From Octopus sinensis (lineage: Eukaryota): a stretch of 64,000 nt of DNA. A model generated the notes under the pieces. That model saw only the letters and a list, made by a program, of their open reading frames with translations, did no database searches and had not been told where the DNA came from. The stretch is from contig NC_043006.1 in the NCBI RefSeq assembly GCF_006345805.1, forward strand, positions 47,616,001 to 47,680,000, given 5' to 3'. Within the stretch, counting starts at the first letter, position 1, and each line of letters begins with the position of its first letter. Below, in pieces: positions 1-12,369 of the stretch. Position numbers and translations under genes: made by a program.

Positions 1-835
1 TAAAAGAATGTCTGGCATGCTCTTAGCACATGGGACTAATAGTAGCATATAAAAGCATATATAGAGTTGTTTAAATAAAAAATTGTCTCACTAGATTGGG
101 TAAATATTTTGTTGCTCTTACCGTCTATTATGTGTGTTTGTGTGTGTGAGTGTGTGCGTGTGTGTGTATGTGTGTGTGCATGTTTGTATTTGGGTTTGTC
201 TAGATGTGGGTGCGTGCCTATATGCGTCACACATCAATCATTAATATTATACGCTAAAACATGTATAAACTATGAGATGACTAAAGTTGTCCTCTATCTG
301 ACATAATTCGAATCTGATATGAGAGTTGTAAAAAAAAATACTTCCAAGTTTTACTAGACCGCACTATAGTATCCTATTCCTCCTATTGTAAATAACAATA
401 AACATTTAACTATATAGATAACAGAATTAATATCTCCTATCATAAACCTTTATCGAGGAATCAAGCTATTTTATTACACATTCTATGTTAAAAATAGCTA
501 CCTTCAAGACAAAAATACAAAGGCAATATATTTTCTTTTCATGAATCACTAGTTTTAATACTTTTATGCCTTCATGAGTTTTTTTTCTAGACAAGAGGCT
601 TCATAATAATTTTCTTATAATTTTTTTCATTAGAATATTTCAGAAATTTTCGTACGACTTTTGTTATTAAAAGTTTCATAGACAGACTTACATAGAAAAT
701 AAATCTATTGAAAATTTATCTAGTATATACTATTTCTGCTGTGAAGTTGTTTATAAATGGACCACTTGGTTGGTTATCCACCTCTCTGCAAGAATCGTTT
801 TGGAAGAAATCCTTACACACACACATGTGCGCACG

Positions 836-968
<133 letters not shown>

Positions 969-1227
969 TGTACTGTGATATATGCCTGTATTCTTGGTAG
1001 TGAATACAGATCTTTGGAACTGAATACTGCAGTAGTCATCTTTCTGAAGAATATCTACGTTAAGAAAGATATAAAGATTTCCATTCGGCACTGCTGCTGC
1101 CTCTGTCACAAATATCTATTTTTAAAGAAGTGTTCTGGCAATTTCAGACATCATTAACTGAAAAACCACTGTAATCCTAACTATTGTTGGTAGTGGTAGT
1201 TGGCTAGCATGCGGAAACCGGACGTCT

Positions 1228-1269
1228 GCAACTGAGGAAGCGCAGTATGCTGAAACCACGTGATCTAGT
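1228..1269 (+). ncRNA. Degenerate minimal type I hammerhead-like motif
   Basis: CTGAGGA(1232-1238)-AGC gcagtat GCT-GAAA(1252-1255)-C CACGTG ATC. Core intact, 3-bp stem II, palindromic CACGTG in stem III, but one stem III mismatch and a weak stem I. Confidence 0.4.
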
Positions 1270-1503
1270 CGTTCTGGGACCCATCACAAACGGTTGTCGT
1301 TTCCTATGATATATATCTATGCTCTTAAAATCATACGTTAATACGGTTGCCCATTGCAAGGCGAAAACAGCAATATTCAAGATTCTAATAATACAGCCAC
1401 GTTATGTAATATATAAAGACTGCCATTCAGGACCACTACTACTTTCGACCCTAACGTACATACACGCATACATACACATATACATACAAACATACATACA
1501 TAT

Positions 1504-1537
<34 letters not shown>

Positions 1538-1561
<24 letters not shown>

Positions 1562-1601
1562 TTAGATAGATATAGTTAGATAGATAGATAGATAGATAGA
1601 T

Positions 1602-1649
<48 letters not shown>

Positions 1650-1662
1650 GTAGATAGATAAG

Positions 1663-1736
<74 letters not shown>

Positions 1737-1737
1737 T
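1538..1737. repeat. (GA)n/(GATA)n microsatellite
   Basis: Direct reading. Confidence 0.95.
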
Positions 1738-1789
1738 GGGTGTGTATGTGTGTATTATTTTCAGCTCAATTCCTGTGGCCATGAGGGGC

Positions 1790-2010
1790 ACCGGTGACTC
1801 ACCTTTATTAATACCCCTTTACTAGTTGACATTTTTTGAATGAGGGTGTTTGATGTTCCTGCCTTCATTTCTGTTTCCTGTTATGACGTTTTCCCATCTA
1901 GGCCTCTTGACACTAGGAGAGCCAGTTTATTTCGGAAGACGTCTACAGCTACATCCATGTAGGTCTCATACAGACCCTAAGGGAAGCTTCTAAGGGGGCC
2001 ATTAATTTCG
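1790..2010 (-). mobile_element. Probable degenerate 3' fragment of a CR1/L2-like LINE
   Basis: The minus strand (ctgtatgagacctacatggatgtagctgtagacgtcttccg) resembles the C-terminal 'LRDL.G.SVDVFK..LD' region of such LINEs; judged by eye only. Confidence 0.3.
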
Positions 2011-2144
2011 AGAAGGAAATACCAGAGTTATTTTATCAATCTCATTGGAAAGGAAATCAAATTTGACTTCGGTGAGATTCGAACTTAGAACATAAATAGT
2101 TTGAGAGATATCGCGTGGCGATATGCAAGTTCGTAGGTGTTGAA

Positions 2145-2164
2145 GGTAGTAGTAGTGTTAGTGT

Positions 2165-2229
<65 letters not shown>

Positions 2230-2258
2230 ACAGTAGTAGTAGCAGCAGTAGTAGTAGC

Positions 2259-2320
<62 letters not shown>
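2145..2320. repeat. (TAG)n microsatellite with CAG variants
   Basis: Direct reading; source of the poly-S/V/L ORFs. Confidence 0.95.
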
Positions 2321-2571
2321 AATCTGCAACAGTAGCATCAGCAGCAGTGGAAATAACAGGAAACGTATACGTTTATAATATAAACCAGGCATTTGAAGAT
2401 CATTTTTCTATACAAAAGAACTTGGTACTTAAAATCTAGGTGGAAGTATAATACTACAAAAGCCTGACCTGAACATCTGGATCTTTCAATATTCAATGAT
2501 TTGTTTGCCAAGTAGGAAGTAGTGTGAAGAGAGAAATGTTACGTGTTTGTACTATAACTACATACATCAAA

Positions 2572-2910
2572 GGCGCATGGCTCAGTGGTTAGAGCGTCGA
2601 GCTTACGATCGTGAGGTTGTGAGCTCGAATCCCGGACGGGACTGCGTGTTGTGTTCTTGAGCAAGGCACTTTATTTCACGTTGCTCCAGTTCACTCAGCT
2701 GTAGAAATGAGTTTTCGACGTCACTGGTGCCAAGCTGTATCGGCCCCTTTTGTCTTTGGATAACACTGGTGGCGTGGAGAGGGGAGGCTGGTATGCATGG
2801 GCGACTGCTGGCCTTCCATAAAAAAAACAACCTTGCCCGGACTTGTGTCTAGGAGGGTAACTTTCTAGGTGCAATCCCATGGTCATTCATGACCGAAGGG
2901 GGTCTTTACC
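2572..2910 (+). mobile_element. tRNA-derived SINE (family C)
   Basis: A box TGGCTCAGTGG, B-box-like GCTCGAATCCC, then ttcttgagcaaggcactt body; homologues at 36215, 37658, 41663 and 56195. Confidence 0.8.
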
Positions 2911-3280
2911 CCTTTACATACATCAAAATAAATAAACGCGGTTGGAACCATTTATATTCTAATATCAGCAAATATACATACATCTATAAGAATACACACA
3001 TGATGGCACTCATACAAATATACGCATACACCCTCGAGGTCATGGGCGTTTGTTTAAGTATATACATACATATACACATATACGCATACATGCATACACA
3101 TATACTCAAAACTTGAGGCACAAACACACACATTGTCATACACGTGCGTATACCATACGCATTTAGGTAAATACAAATATACATATATCTGTTAATATAT
3201 AACTATATATATATATACATACAAATATATATATATACATATATATATATATAGATATATGTATATATATATATATATAT

Positions 3281-3561
3281 AGTTATATATACATAAATAT
3301 ATATATATATATACGTTCGTACATGCCCTTATGGGAGCGAACATACTCGCGCACATATCTACAAACACACACACACACACACGCACACATATGTATTTGT
3401 ATATATATATATATATATATATATCTATATATATATATATATATATATATAGTTATATATACATAAATATATATATATATATACGTTCGTACATGCCCTT
3501 ATGGGAGCGAACATACTCGCGCACATATCTACAAGCACACACACACGCACACATATGTATT

Positions 3562-3600
<39 letters not shown>
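3281..3600. repeat. Local tandem duplication, period ~170 bp
   Basis: The unique segment cgttcgtacatgcccttatgggagcgaacatactcgcgcacatatctac occurs twice, with copies starting at 3281 and 3451. Confidence 0.9.
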
Positions 3601-3608
<8 letters not shown>

Positions 3609-3989
3609 ATGTATGTATGCATGTATGTTTGTATGTGAACTCATACATTGTATCCTTCCTCTTCAAGAGAGAGGAAATGAGATTCATTTCAGCACGATCA
3701 GGTTTTCATGTTGTCTATTCCTGCCGATAACACCTGTGTACTTCTTTCACCTTTGGTCCATACCGAATTCTGCGAAATACAACATTTCCTATGGTCTTGT
3801 GTTCAACACAGTAGGTGATGTGTCCTTCCTTGCACTGACCAGCGACAGTAGAGATGTGTATAATGTTCCAATGTACTCAGTGCTCAGATTTCGCTTGTCT
3901 GGTCTTGCTCTCCACAACACATTTCCAGACGCGTAAATCTCGTGCGCGTATCATCATCGTGTGTCACAACTCGCCAACCAAAAAAGACT

Positions 3990-4400
3990 TGTTGACTCTT
4001 AATATATTCTACCCCCACATGAGATTGCCGACGCCATCAGCACCTTATATGAAATTTATCAAGCCAAAAAAATTTCCAATAGTTAGAGAAATCGTTCAGA
4101 GGCACGCACAATACTCAATGTGCTTTTCTCGCTTTGTGGTTGCGGTGGATTAGATATTTTGCCAAATTCCTTTCCCTATCTAAGAGAAAGGCCTCACAAT
4201 GGAGCAACGTGATCAGGAATTTAGCAGAATCTTTAATTCTCTGAATTTGACATAGCTGATGATGTTGGTCACATGACTTATTGATTGAGTGCTACGGCGA
4301 AATTCACTTTGTTTATCAATGCAAGGAAGATTGGCTACAACCCCATTAAAGAGGAAGAAAGTCACTGACCAATTTGTTCCAACGATAACACACTATTCAA
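3990..4400 (+). pseudogene. Degenerate RTE-clade reverse transcriptase fragment
   Basis: Frameshifted translations PHEIADAISTLYE, KFPIVREIVQ..., EFDIADDVG correspond to RTE RT motifs (GIP..IV.AI..LY, GVLQGD, FADD). Confidence 0.6.
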
Positions 4401-4761
4401 TATGAAATTTGCCTCGAAGTTGTTTGGTTTCTATGTTACTGATAATAAGAATATTTTCCTGACTCATAAGGGACAAGCTTGATGTAATTTAAAATGCTTC
4501 ATTTCGTTATATTTCCACTATATTATTGTTTCGTGCAGATCAACATCTTGATCCCCTTCATTAGTACAAACACTAAACTGTTTTCCACCGTGAGTAACCA
4601 CAAAAGAATAACCACTGTCTCTTAAGTGGGCCCCCACCGTATTTTCACTCTAAATATATTGAGATTTGTCCTATTCCTTACTCATATACAAATATGAGCA
4701 CGTGTGTGTGTGAGTGTGTTTTTTATATATATGTATATGTATATCTATATATGTATATATC

Positions 4762-5056
4762 ACCGTGATCACTGTGACCGACCAGGCTATCAGATGTTGC
4801 TACACATCGCTGGTCGCAATGCGCTTCGCATTGATTTAGCCTTCAAATAATGCCACCCCCCTGGCTAAGCGAGCAGGCCGACAGAAGAAAGAGTGAGAGA
4901 AAGTTGAGGCGAAAGAGTACAGCAGGGATCTCCACCACCCCCGCCGGGGCCTCGTGGGGCTTTAGGGGTTTCCACTCAATAAACACTCACAACGCCCGGT
5001 CTGGGAACCGAAACCGCGAGTCCGCTGCCCTAACCACTGGGCCATTGCGCCTCCAC
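4762..5056 (-). mobile_element. tRNA-derived SINE (family D)
   Basis: Minus-strand head gtggaggcgcaatggcccagtggttagggcagcgg; homologues at 20605-21122 and 54170. Confidence 0.75.
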
Positions 5057-5125
5057 ATATGTGTATATATAACCGTATATATATATGTGTATATATATGT
5101 ATATATAAACGTGTATCTCTATATG

Positions 5126-5180
<55 letters not shown>

Positions 5181-5942
5181 GTGTCCATGTATGTCTATGT
5201 GTATTCATGCAGAGAGAGAGAGAGAGAGAGAGGGTTAGGGAGGAATGGGATAAAGGAAAAAGTATGAGATATCACGACAAATCCAAATTTCATTATAAAT
5301 ATAACTGCACATAACAGGTGTTTAGAAAGTCAGTGTCTCAATGTTTATTGAAAGCATAAACAAATATAATTATGTTGAATTAATTAGATTGTATTAAACC
5401 GTAAAATATATCTCGCCGTTCAGTAGACTCGAAATAAATTATTACTGTATTAGAGGGCTTTCTTTTCGCCAAGCTGTACTTGAAGACAGATATTATATAT
5501 AAGAATATTCTTTTGAACTAATGTTCCCTTCTCTCAAGCTCTTTGGAATAGAGCTATGCAATTATTCTTTCTCACACGATTTCTTTTTTTTTTTTACATA
5601 TTATGACATTTGATACCAAATGATATAGCCGCGCTTCAAAGAAGCTCTTTGGAAGCAGCTGAAATATATTCCACTAAAGCTTTGTGTTCGTCCCTGAAAC
5701 TTAAAAATGATATCGCTTTCATAAAAAAATAAAATTGCCAAATATCCCAGCAGTCTCGAAACTCCAGTGTTATTAAATTCTATATCACAGTAATTGTATA
5801 AGATGATTAAGTTGAAATACAAGTGTCTGTGGATGAGGTAGTCACTTACACCATATGTTTGCTGTTCAGTTGATCAAACTATTAAGATATGGGGTTTTCA
5901 ACTGATGGATAAATCGTTCATGTTATTATGCATACATACTTC

Positions 5943-6145
5943 AAGGCGGTGAGCTAGCAGAACCGTTAGCACGCCTGGTAAAATGCTTAACAGCACTTCG
6001 TCCGTCTTCAGTTTCTGTGTTCAAATCCCACCGGTGTCAAGTTTGCTATCTATACTTTCGAAGTCGATGAAATAAATACCAGTTATGCACTTGGGTCGAT
6101 GTGATCGACCACAGCTCAGGCCTTTCGCCTATAGTAGAAGGGATT
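5943..6145 (+). mobile_element. SINE (family B)
   Basis: ggcggtgagctagcagaaccgttagcacgcc...gttcaaatcc...ggtcgatgtgatcgacc, shared with about 10 other copies in the window. Confidence 0.75.
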
Positions 6146-7024
6146 ATATATACATATTTTTTTAAAGAATTTGTATACAGTTATACATCAGCATCTCTCC
6201 ATCGTAAGTACGCTGCAGAAATATGGATAATATATATTCTGTTAAGTACGTAGTAGAGTACAGTACAAAGCTTGTGATTGAAAAGAACCATCCAACCTTA
6301 TTCCTTGTTGACTCTAAATTATTTCAGTTATATCTATTGTGTGTGTATGTATGTATGTATGTGTGTGTGTAAATGCATATACATATGAATATACACATCA
6401 ATATGGATACATACATACGTACGTACGGCGAAATTTGGCGAGTAAGAAGTCAGTACGATTTAAGAAGATCAAACGGGTTCGACGCTTATCTGTGAGAGAA
6501 TATCGTACCGTAAGCTGTTACAATGATTTATTTGGACATTCTATTTTGAACTTTCATTTATATACTCTATTTTCACTTTTCTATTAATGTTTATTGCAGT
6601 TGCTGAATTATTTAGTAACTTTCCTTATTTGTTTTTCTATAACAAACTGTGGAGTCACAGCCAAACTTTAACTTGGTGTTGTATGATGCTGATCTTGTTG
6701 AAAAGATGTTCACAACTACCTCTAAAAGAAACAAGTTACAACATTGTGATGAAAATGATGGTCCAAAATAGAGAGGTATTCCTATCTATCAGGCCCTGGT
6801 AAAGAGTCTCAACGGAAAATATCGCTAACAGATTACTTGACGTAACTGGAAAACATGTTTTCCAGATATTCCAAACTTCGGAAACTGGTAATGAATAGTC
6901 TTGAGACCTCAAATTTAGTTAGTCGGCGTTGAATCAGACGAAATTATCTTTTTTGCTTCAAGAATTATCTGAATCCCGTTACGAAATTTCGACTTTGTTT
7001 TTATAATGACGTTCGATATTGATT

Positions 7025-7190
7025 TCAAATTTTGGCACAAGACCAAGGATTTCAGGAAACGGTCCCGTCGATTTCATTGACCCACTGCTCAAATAGTATT
7101 TATTTTATCGACCCGGAAAAGATAAAAGTCAAAGCTGAACTCGACTGAATTTGAACTCAGACGTGAAGGCGGACGAAATGCCGCTAAAAT
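7025..7190 (-). mobile_element. SINE (family B), partial
   Basis: Reverse complement of the family B body. Confidence 0.65.
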
Positions 7191-7249
7191 GGCATTCAAT
7201 ATTACAAGTACAATAAGCTTGGTCAAGATGACCGTTATAAGAAGGATGA

Positions 7250-7520
7250 ATAAATACAAATATAACTCATTGAAGGCATGTGTAATACATCACATAGATC
7301 AAATATGTCGCAACATATATTGTAGGGAATAGTTAGTATGCATGTATGAAATTCACTCAACAATAGGAAATAATATGGCATTTCAAGAAAGTCGATATCT
7401 TTCAGGAAGTAAAGTGAGGTAATGTTGATGCTTATTATCTCGCTCAAATGAATGAATTTTCGAATGAAAATTTTGTAATTACGAACATGAACGTATGAAA
7501 AAGAAAATAATTTGTATGGA
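7250..7520 (+). pseudogene. Possible highly degenerate PLE GIY-YIG C-terminal fragment
   Basis: Translations LIEGMCNTSHIDQIC and EIIWHFKK weakly resemble 'PL.G.C...VIYQ' and 'LS..IW.LK'. Confidence 0.25.
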
Positions 7521-8858
7521 AGATGTACAAATTCTGTAAAAGGTATCTTTTCTCAGTCACTATCTTTCTTTGAAAATAGTGTGGAACATGTTGAATAATT
7601 TGATAGGAACCTCGACACTGAAACTAATGTATTTGCACGACAATGCAAAGAAATAATAGCATCTTGTGAATCTGCATTACGTAAACTCGAACATAAAACT
7701 TGATTGTGAAATACTGATGCAACAACAAACATTCATAACCTGAGGGTTTCTGGATGGTAAATAAACGTAGGTCCTCGGTAAAAAAAATTATATAGCTCCA
7801 GTAGTTGCTATTACGCTGGAAGTGATGCACTAAACATTGCAGCAAAACCTAGAAGCAATTCTCTATATACATGTGATATAAATGCGCGAACGTTAGCAAT
7901 TATCTGGAGGAAGAATTTGATTCATTAGTCTGTCATTATATCAACGTATCTATACACATATTGATTGTAACTATGTTAATGTTATTCGAATCATGCTTTT
8001 TCCAATGGATTTCTTTTCAAGATAGTTTGAGGCTTTTCGATAGGAAAAGCCCTACAGTAAACTAACTATTACGAGAATTTCCTACACAGCATAGTGCTCC
8101 TTTTAATTCCATAGTTTCTGCTTACAGAAACTAGCTGTATATCTTCCCAAGCATCCCCATATTACTCGCACACAGATATGGCAGCAGAATAGATTATTCA
8201 AATAAGTAAAATGCACGGCAACGGCATTCTTTCCACCACTGAAAGGTAGTTGCGTAAGTTCACCCTAAACATTGTTCAGCTATATTGCTTTTCATCACGA
8301 TAAAATATGAAAAAATCCTCCCGTTACATCGATTAAAGCTAAGTCACATCAATTCAACTTTGACCAATTCTTAATGTGAAAATGAACAATTATAATGTAA
8401 AAAGAACAATGGTTCAGCAACATGAATAGCAAACATTATAACAGCTAGAAGCAGTACCGTTCTCATAGCAGGGACAGTCTTGTAATTTTAGTTTATGTAG
8501 AAGAAATCGAACTTGCATTTGAGCATCCTTAAATAAGAAGAAATTATGTAGCAGTGGAGACTCTCCTCGTCCATGAAGACCCAACGATATTATATACACT
8601 TTTTTGATTGGAATTCATTTAATATTGCACGTGTGCACTTATGCACATACAATCACACATGTGTTAGTAGCACTTGTGTACACATCTACGTGCACGTGTC
8701 TGTCCAAGTATCGCACGTGGGTATTGTACATAGCATATACAAGAGTTTGCTCTTAATACTCTGCCTGCAACTTTATGTATAAACATATGCATTTCCATGA
8801 ATTTATACGTATATGAGTTATGTATAAGCTTCTATATACATATGTGTGTGTTTGTGTG

Positions 8859-8889
<31 letters not shown>

Positions 8890-9187
8890 AATGACTCAAT
8901 GCACTTACCTAATTATTATATTTATTCGGCAGAATCGTGTGTCAGAAGAAATATGTTGTGTACACTTCCATCTTTTAAAGGGCCTAGTTGAAACATCGTT
9001 CAGGTCATCCTTCTGTTTGATCTTTTCACGTTCGTTAAAATATGACACCCTCAAATCAATATGCTTCCCATTTATCAAAATTACCTGAGCAGAGAGGTCT
9101 CGAATAACGACGAATGGACTTTAGCAAACTTAGCTGATTCAGTGACCGACCGATGACTGTTTACTATTGCCATAAGGAAGGCAACGA

Positions 9188-9350
9188 AGTGGCAGGATCG
9201 TTAGGATGCCTGGCAAAACGCTTCGCAGCGTTCTGAGTTCAAATCCCACCATGGTCAACTTTGCATATCATTATTTCGGGGGTCAATCAGATGTGTACTG
9301 GGGTCGACAAGATAAATACTGGGGTCAACTATGTGAGTAGTGGGGTAATT
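9188..9350 (+). mobile_element. SINE (family B), degenerate
   Basis: ggcaggatcgttagg...ctgagttcaaatcccacc...ggggtc repeats. Confidence 0.6.
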
Positions 9351-10047
9351 GGACATCAGAAAACTTGCAAAAAAAAAAAAAAAACAATACACGCATACAC
9401 ACACATATGTATATACGCACGCAAACATACTAGAAACAGTTAATTACATTAAATTCAAAGAAAAACAGTGACATCGGTCAGAGAAAATACCAGAATAGTA
9501 GGACAATTACACGCTCTTTGAAAGATATACAACAAAAATCACATTATTCCATGAAGCTAGATTTAGAGTCGGTCATAATCTTGATATTCCCTGGTGAGCG
9601 CCTTCAAAACGCGTTCAAGCTTCCTCAACTGATATCGCCCTCCATTACAAGAACACCTAATATAGCAGTTTGCATCAGTATATTTTACACATGGAGAAAA
9701 CCACCAGTTTCTCACGTTGAGAACGCAGCATAAAGGTCTAAAGGAATCGAATGTGGTAAGCTAGGTGCATATTTCATGTAGATCGATATGAGCATAGAAT
9801 TTTCGTTGAACGATGATCCAATGTAAAAATCACGTATAATTTTGAGAATACTTTAGACCTGTCCATATTGACGAAGCTTGTGATGTCGCTAGTGATGAGT
9901 GCCGAGAGCAGTCGCTATTCTGTAATTTCCTGTATCAAATGGTAATCGGTAATTTTGATTTTCTCAGCAACTAACATAGATATACCACTCGTAACGTCAT
10001 GCTAGAAAAATTTCCAACGAAATTGGGTTCGCATATGACTGATTTAT

Positions 10048-10051
10048 ATAT

Positions 10052-10118
<67 letters not shown>

Positions 10119-10133
10119 CATACATATATATAT

Positions 10134-10179
<46 letters not shown>
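10048..10179. repeat. (TA)n tract, left flank of the hammerhead array
   Basis: Direct reading. Confidence 0.95.
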
Positions 10180-10182
<3 letters not shown>

Positions 10183-10303
10183 AATCAAGGAACGGCCATA
10201 ATAGGCCATTCACCCACTAGAAATAACAGCCAAAAAGCTTCAACCGCAAAATAACATTAATTCTGTAAACCAGGAGAAAATTAAAAAAAACATTTACCCT
10301 GAA

Positions 10304-10410
10304 ATTCCTTATACGATGCACCGTTTCGTCTACTGTTTAATGGTAAACTAACCTGATTAAATTAAATCAAGCCAATCTACCATAGGCCCTTAGATTCATC
10401 AGTAAGGAAT
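10304..10410 (-). ncRNA. Type I hammerhead ribozyme fold, unit 1
   Basis: Minus strand: AUUCCUUA-CUGAUGA-[68-nt stem II domain]-GAAA-CGG UGCA UCG-UA|UAAGGAAU. Perfect 8-bp stem I; predicted cleavage after GUA, between 10312 and 10311; A10.1-C11.1 mismatch. Confidence 0.8.
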
Positions 10411-10795
10411 AGCCAAATCGGAACAGATATTTTTCACGAGGCATTCACGTCCATGCCTCGCCAATATCTGACCTAAAATTTTCAAATCGTCGCACTCGCG
10501 CCAAATTTATCGGCAGCAAATAAATATAAGCCGCCGATTCCATTACGGAACTAACCAGAAAATTCATAATTAATCAATATAGGGAGGCAAAAAAATTTTG
10601 TAGAATTCTTTTGCCCCCAGCGGCCTAGTGGGAAAAAATTAGATAGTCATAAACCAATTTTAAGTTCAATATCACAATCAAGGAACGGCCATAATAGGCC
10701 ATTCACCCACTAGAAATAACAGCCAAAAAGCTTCAACCGCAAAATAACATTAATTCTGTAAACCAGGAGAAAATTAAAAAAACATTTACCCTGAA

Positions 10796-10902
10796 ATTCC
10801 TTATACGATGCACCGTTTCGTCTACTGTTTAATGGTAAACTAACCTGATTAAATTAAATCAAGCCAATCTACCATAGGCCCTTAGATTCATCAGTAAGGA
10901 AT
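10796..10902 (-). ncRNA. Type I hammerhead fold, unit 2
   Basis: Same motif as unit 1, core intact. Confidence 0.8.
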
Positions 10903-11286
10903 AGCCAAATCGGAACAGATATTTTTCACGAGGCATTCACGTCCATGCCTCGCCAATATCTGACCTAAAATTTTCAAATCGTCGCACTCGCGCCAAATTT
11001 ATCGGCAGCAAATAAATATAAGCCGCCGATTCCATTACGGAACTAACCAGAAAATTCATAATTAATCAATATAGGGAGGCAAAAAAATTTTGTAGAATTC
11101 TTTTGCCCCCAGCGGCCTAGTGGGAAAAAATTAAATAGTCATAAACCATTTTTAAGTTCAATATCACAATCAAGGAACGGCCATAATAGGCCATTCACCC
11201 ACTAGAATAACAGCCAAAAAGCTTCAACCGCAAAATAACATTAATTCTGTAAACCAGGAGAAAATTAAAAAAACATTTACCCTGAA

Positions 11287-11392
11287 ATTCCTTATACGAT
11301 GCACCGTTTCGTCTACTGTTTATGGTAAACTAACCTGATTAAATTAAATCAAGCCAATCTACCATAGGCCCTTAGATTCATCAGTAAGGAAT
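11287..11392 (-). ncRNA. Type I hammerhead fold, unit 3
   Basis: Core intact; 1-nt indel in the stem II extension. Confidence 0.8.
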
Positions 11393-11775
11393 AGCCAAAT
11401 CGGAACAGATATTTTTCACGAGGCATTCACGTCCATGCCTCGCCAATATCTGACCTAAAATTTTCAAATCGTCGCACTCGCGCCAAATTTATCGGCAGCA
11501 AATAATATAAGCCGCCGATTCCATTACGGAACTAACCAGAAAATTCATAATTAATCATATAGGGAGGCAAAAAAATTTTGTAGAATTCTTTTGCCCCCAG
11601 CGGCCTAGTGGGAAAAAATTAAATAGTCATAAACCATTTTTAAGTTCAATATCACAATCAAGGAACGGCCATAATAGGCCATTCACCCACTAGAAATAAC
11701 AGCCAAAAAGCTTCAACCGCAAAATAACATTAATTCTGTAAACCAGGAGAAAATTAAAAAAACATTTACCCTGAA

Positions 11776-11882
11776 ATTCCTTATACGATGCACCGTTTCG
11801 TCTACTGTTTAATGGTAAACTAACCTGATTAAATTAAATCAAGCCAATCTACCATAGGCCCTTAGATTCATCAGTAAGGAAT
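11776..11882 (-). ncRNA. Type I hammerhead fold, unit 4
   Basis: Core intact. Confidence 0.8.
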
Positions 11883-12263
11883 AGCCAAATCTGAACAGAT
11901 ATTTTTCACGAGGCATTCACGTCCATGCCTCGCCAATATCTGACCTAAAATTTTCAATCGTCGCACTCGCGCCAAATTTCGGCAGCAAATAAATATAAGC
12001 CGCCGATTCCATTACGGAACTAACCAGAAAATTCATAATTAATCAATATAGGGAGGCAAAAAAATTTTGTAGAATTCTTTTGCCCCCAGCGGCCTAGTGG
12101 GAAAAAATTAAATAGTCATAAACCATTTTTAAGTTCAAATCACAATCAAGGAACGGCCATAATAGGCCATTCACCCACTAGAAATAACAGCCAAAAAGCT
12201 TCAACCGCAAAATAACATTAATTCTGTAAACCAGGGGAAAATTAAAAAAACATTTACCCTGAA

Positions 12264-12369
12264 ATTCCTTATACGATGCACCGTTTCGTCTACTGTTTAA
12301 TGGTAACTAACCTGATTAAATTAAATCAAGCCAATCTACCATAGGCCCTTAGATTCATCAGTAAGGAAT
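12264..12369 (-). ncRNA. Type I hammerhead fold, unit 5
   Basis: Core intact; 1-nt indel in the stem II extension. Confidence 0.8.

Noticed and set aside
3690-3950. Coding-looking non-repetitive stretch (e.g. [20 protein letters not shown]...; minus strand [13 protein letters not shown]...)
   Set aside because: No recognisable domain or consistent splice context; cannot be called without BLAST or RNA-seq.
6655-6830. Possible exon (PNFNLVLYDADLVEKMFTTTSKRNK...)
   Set aside because: The stop-free stretch is short and unidentifiable, and alternative frames are equally plausible.
10615-10675. tRNA-like A box (CGGCCTAGTGG) and B-box-like AGTTCAATATC about 40 nt apart on the plus strand of the 490-bp unit
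   Set aside because: Both boxes are imperfect, a T-run lies between them, there is no cloverleaf, and they are on the strand opposite the ribozyme.
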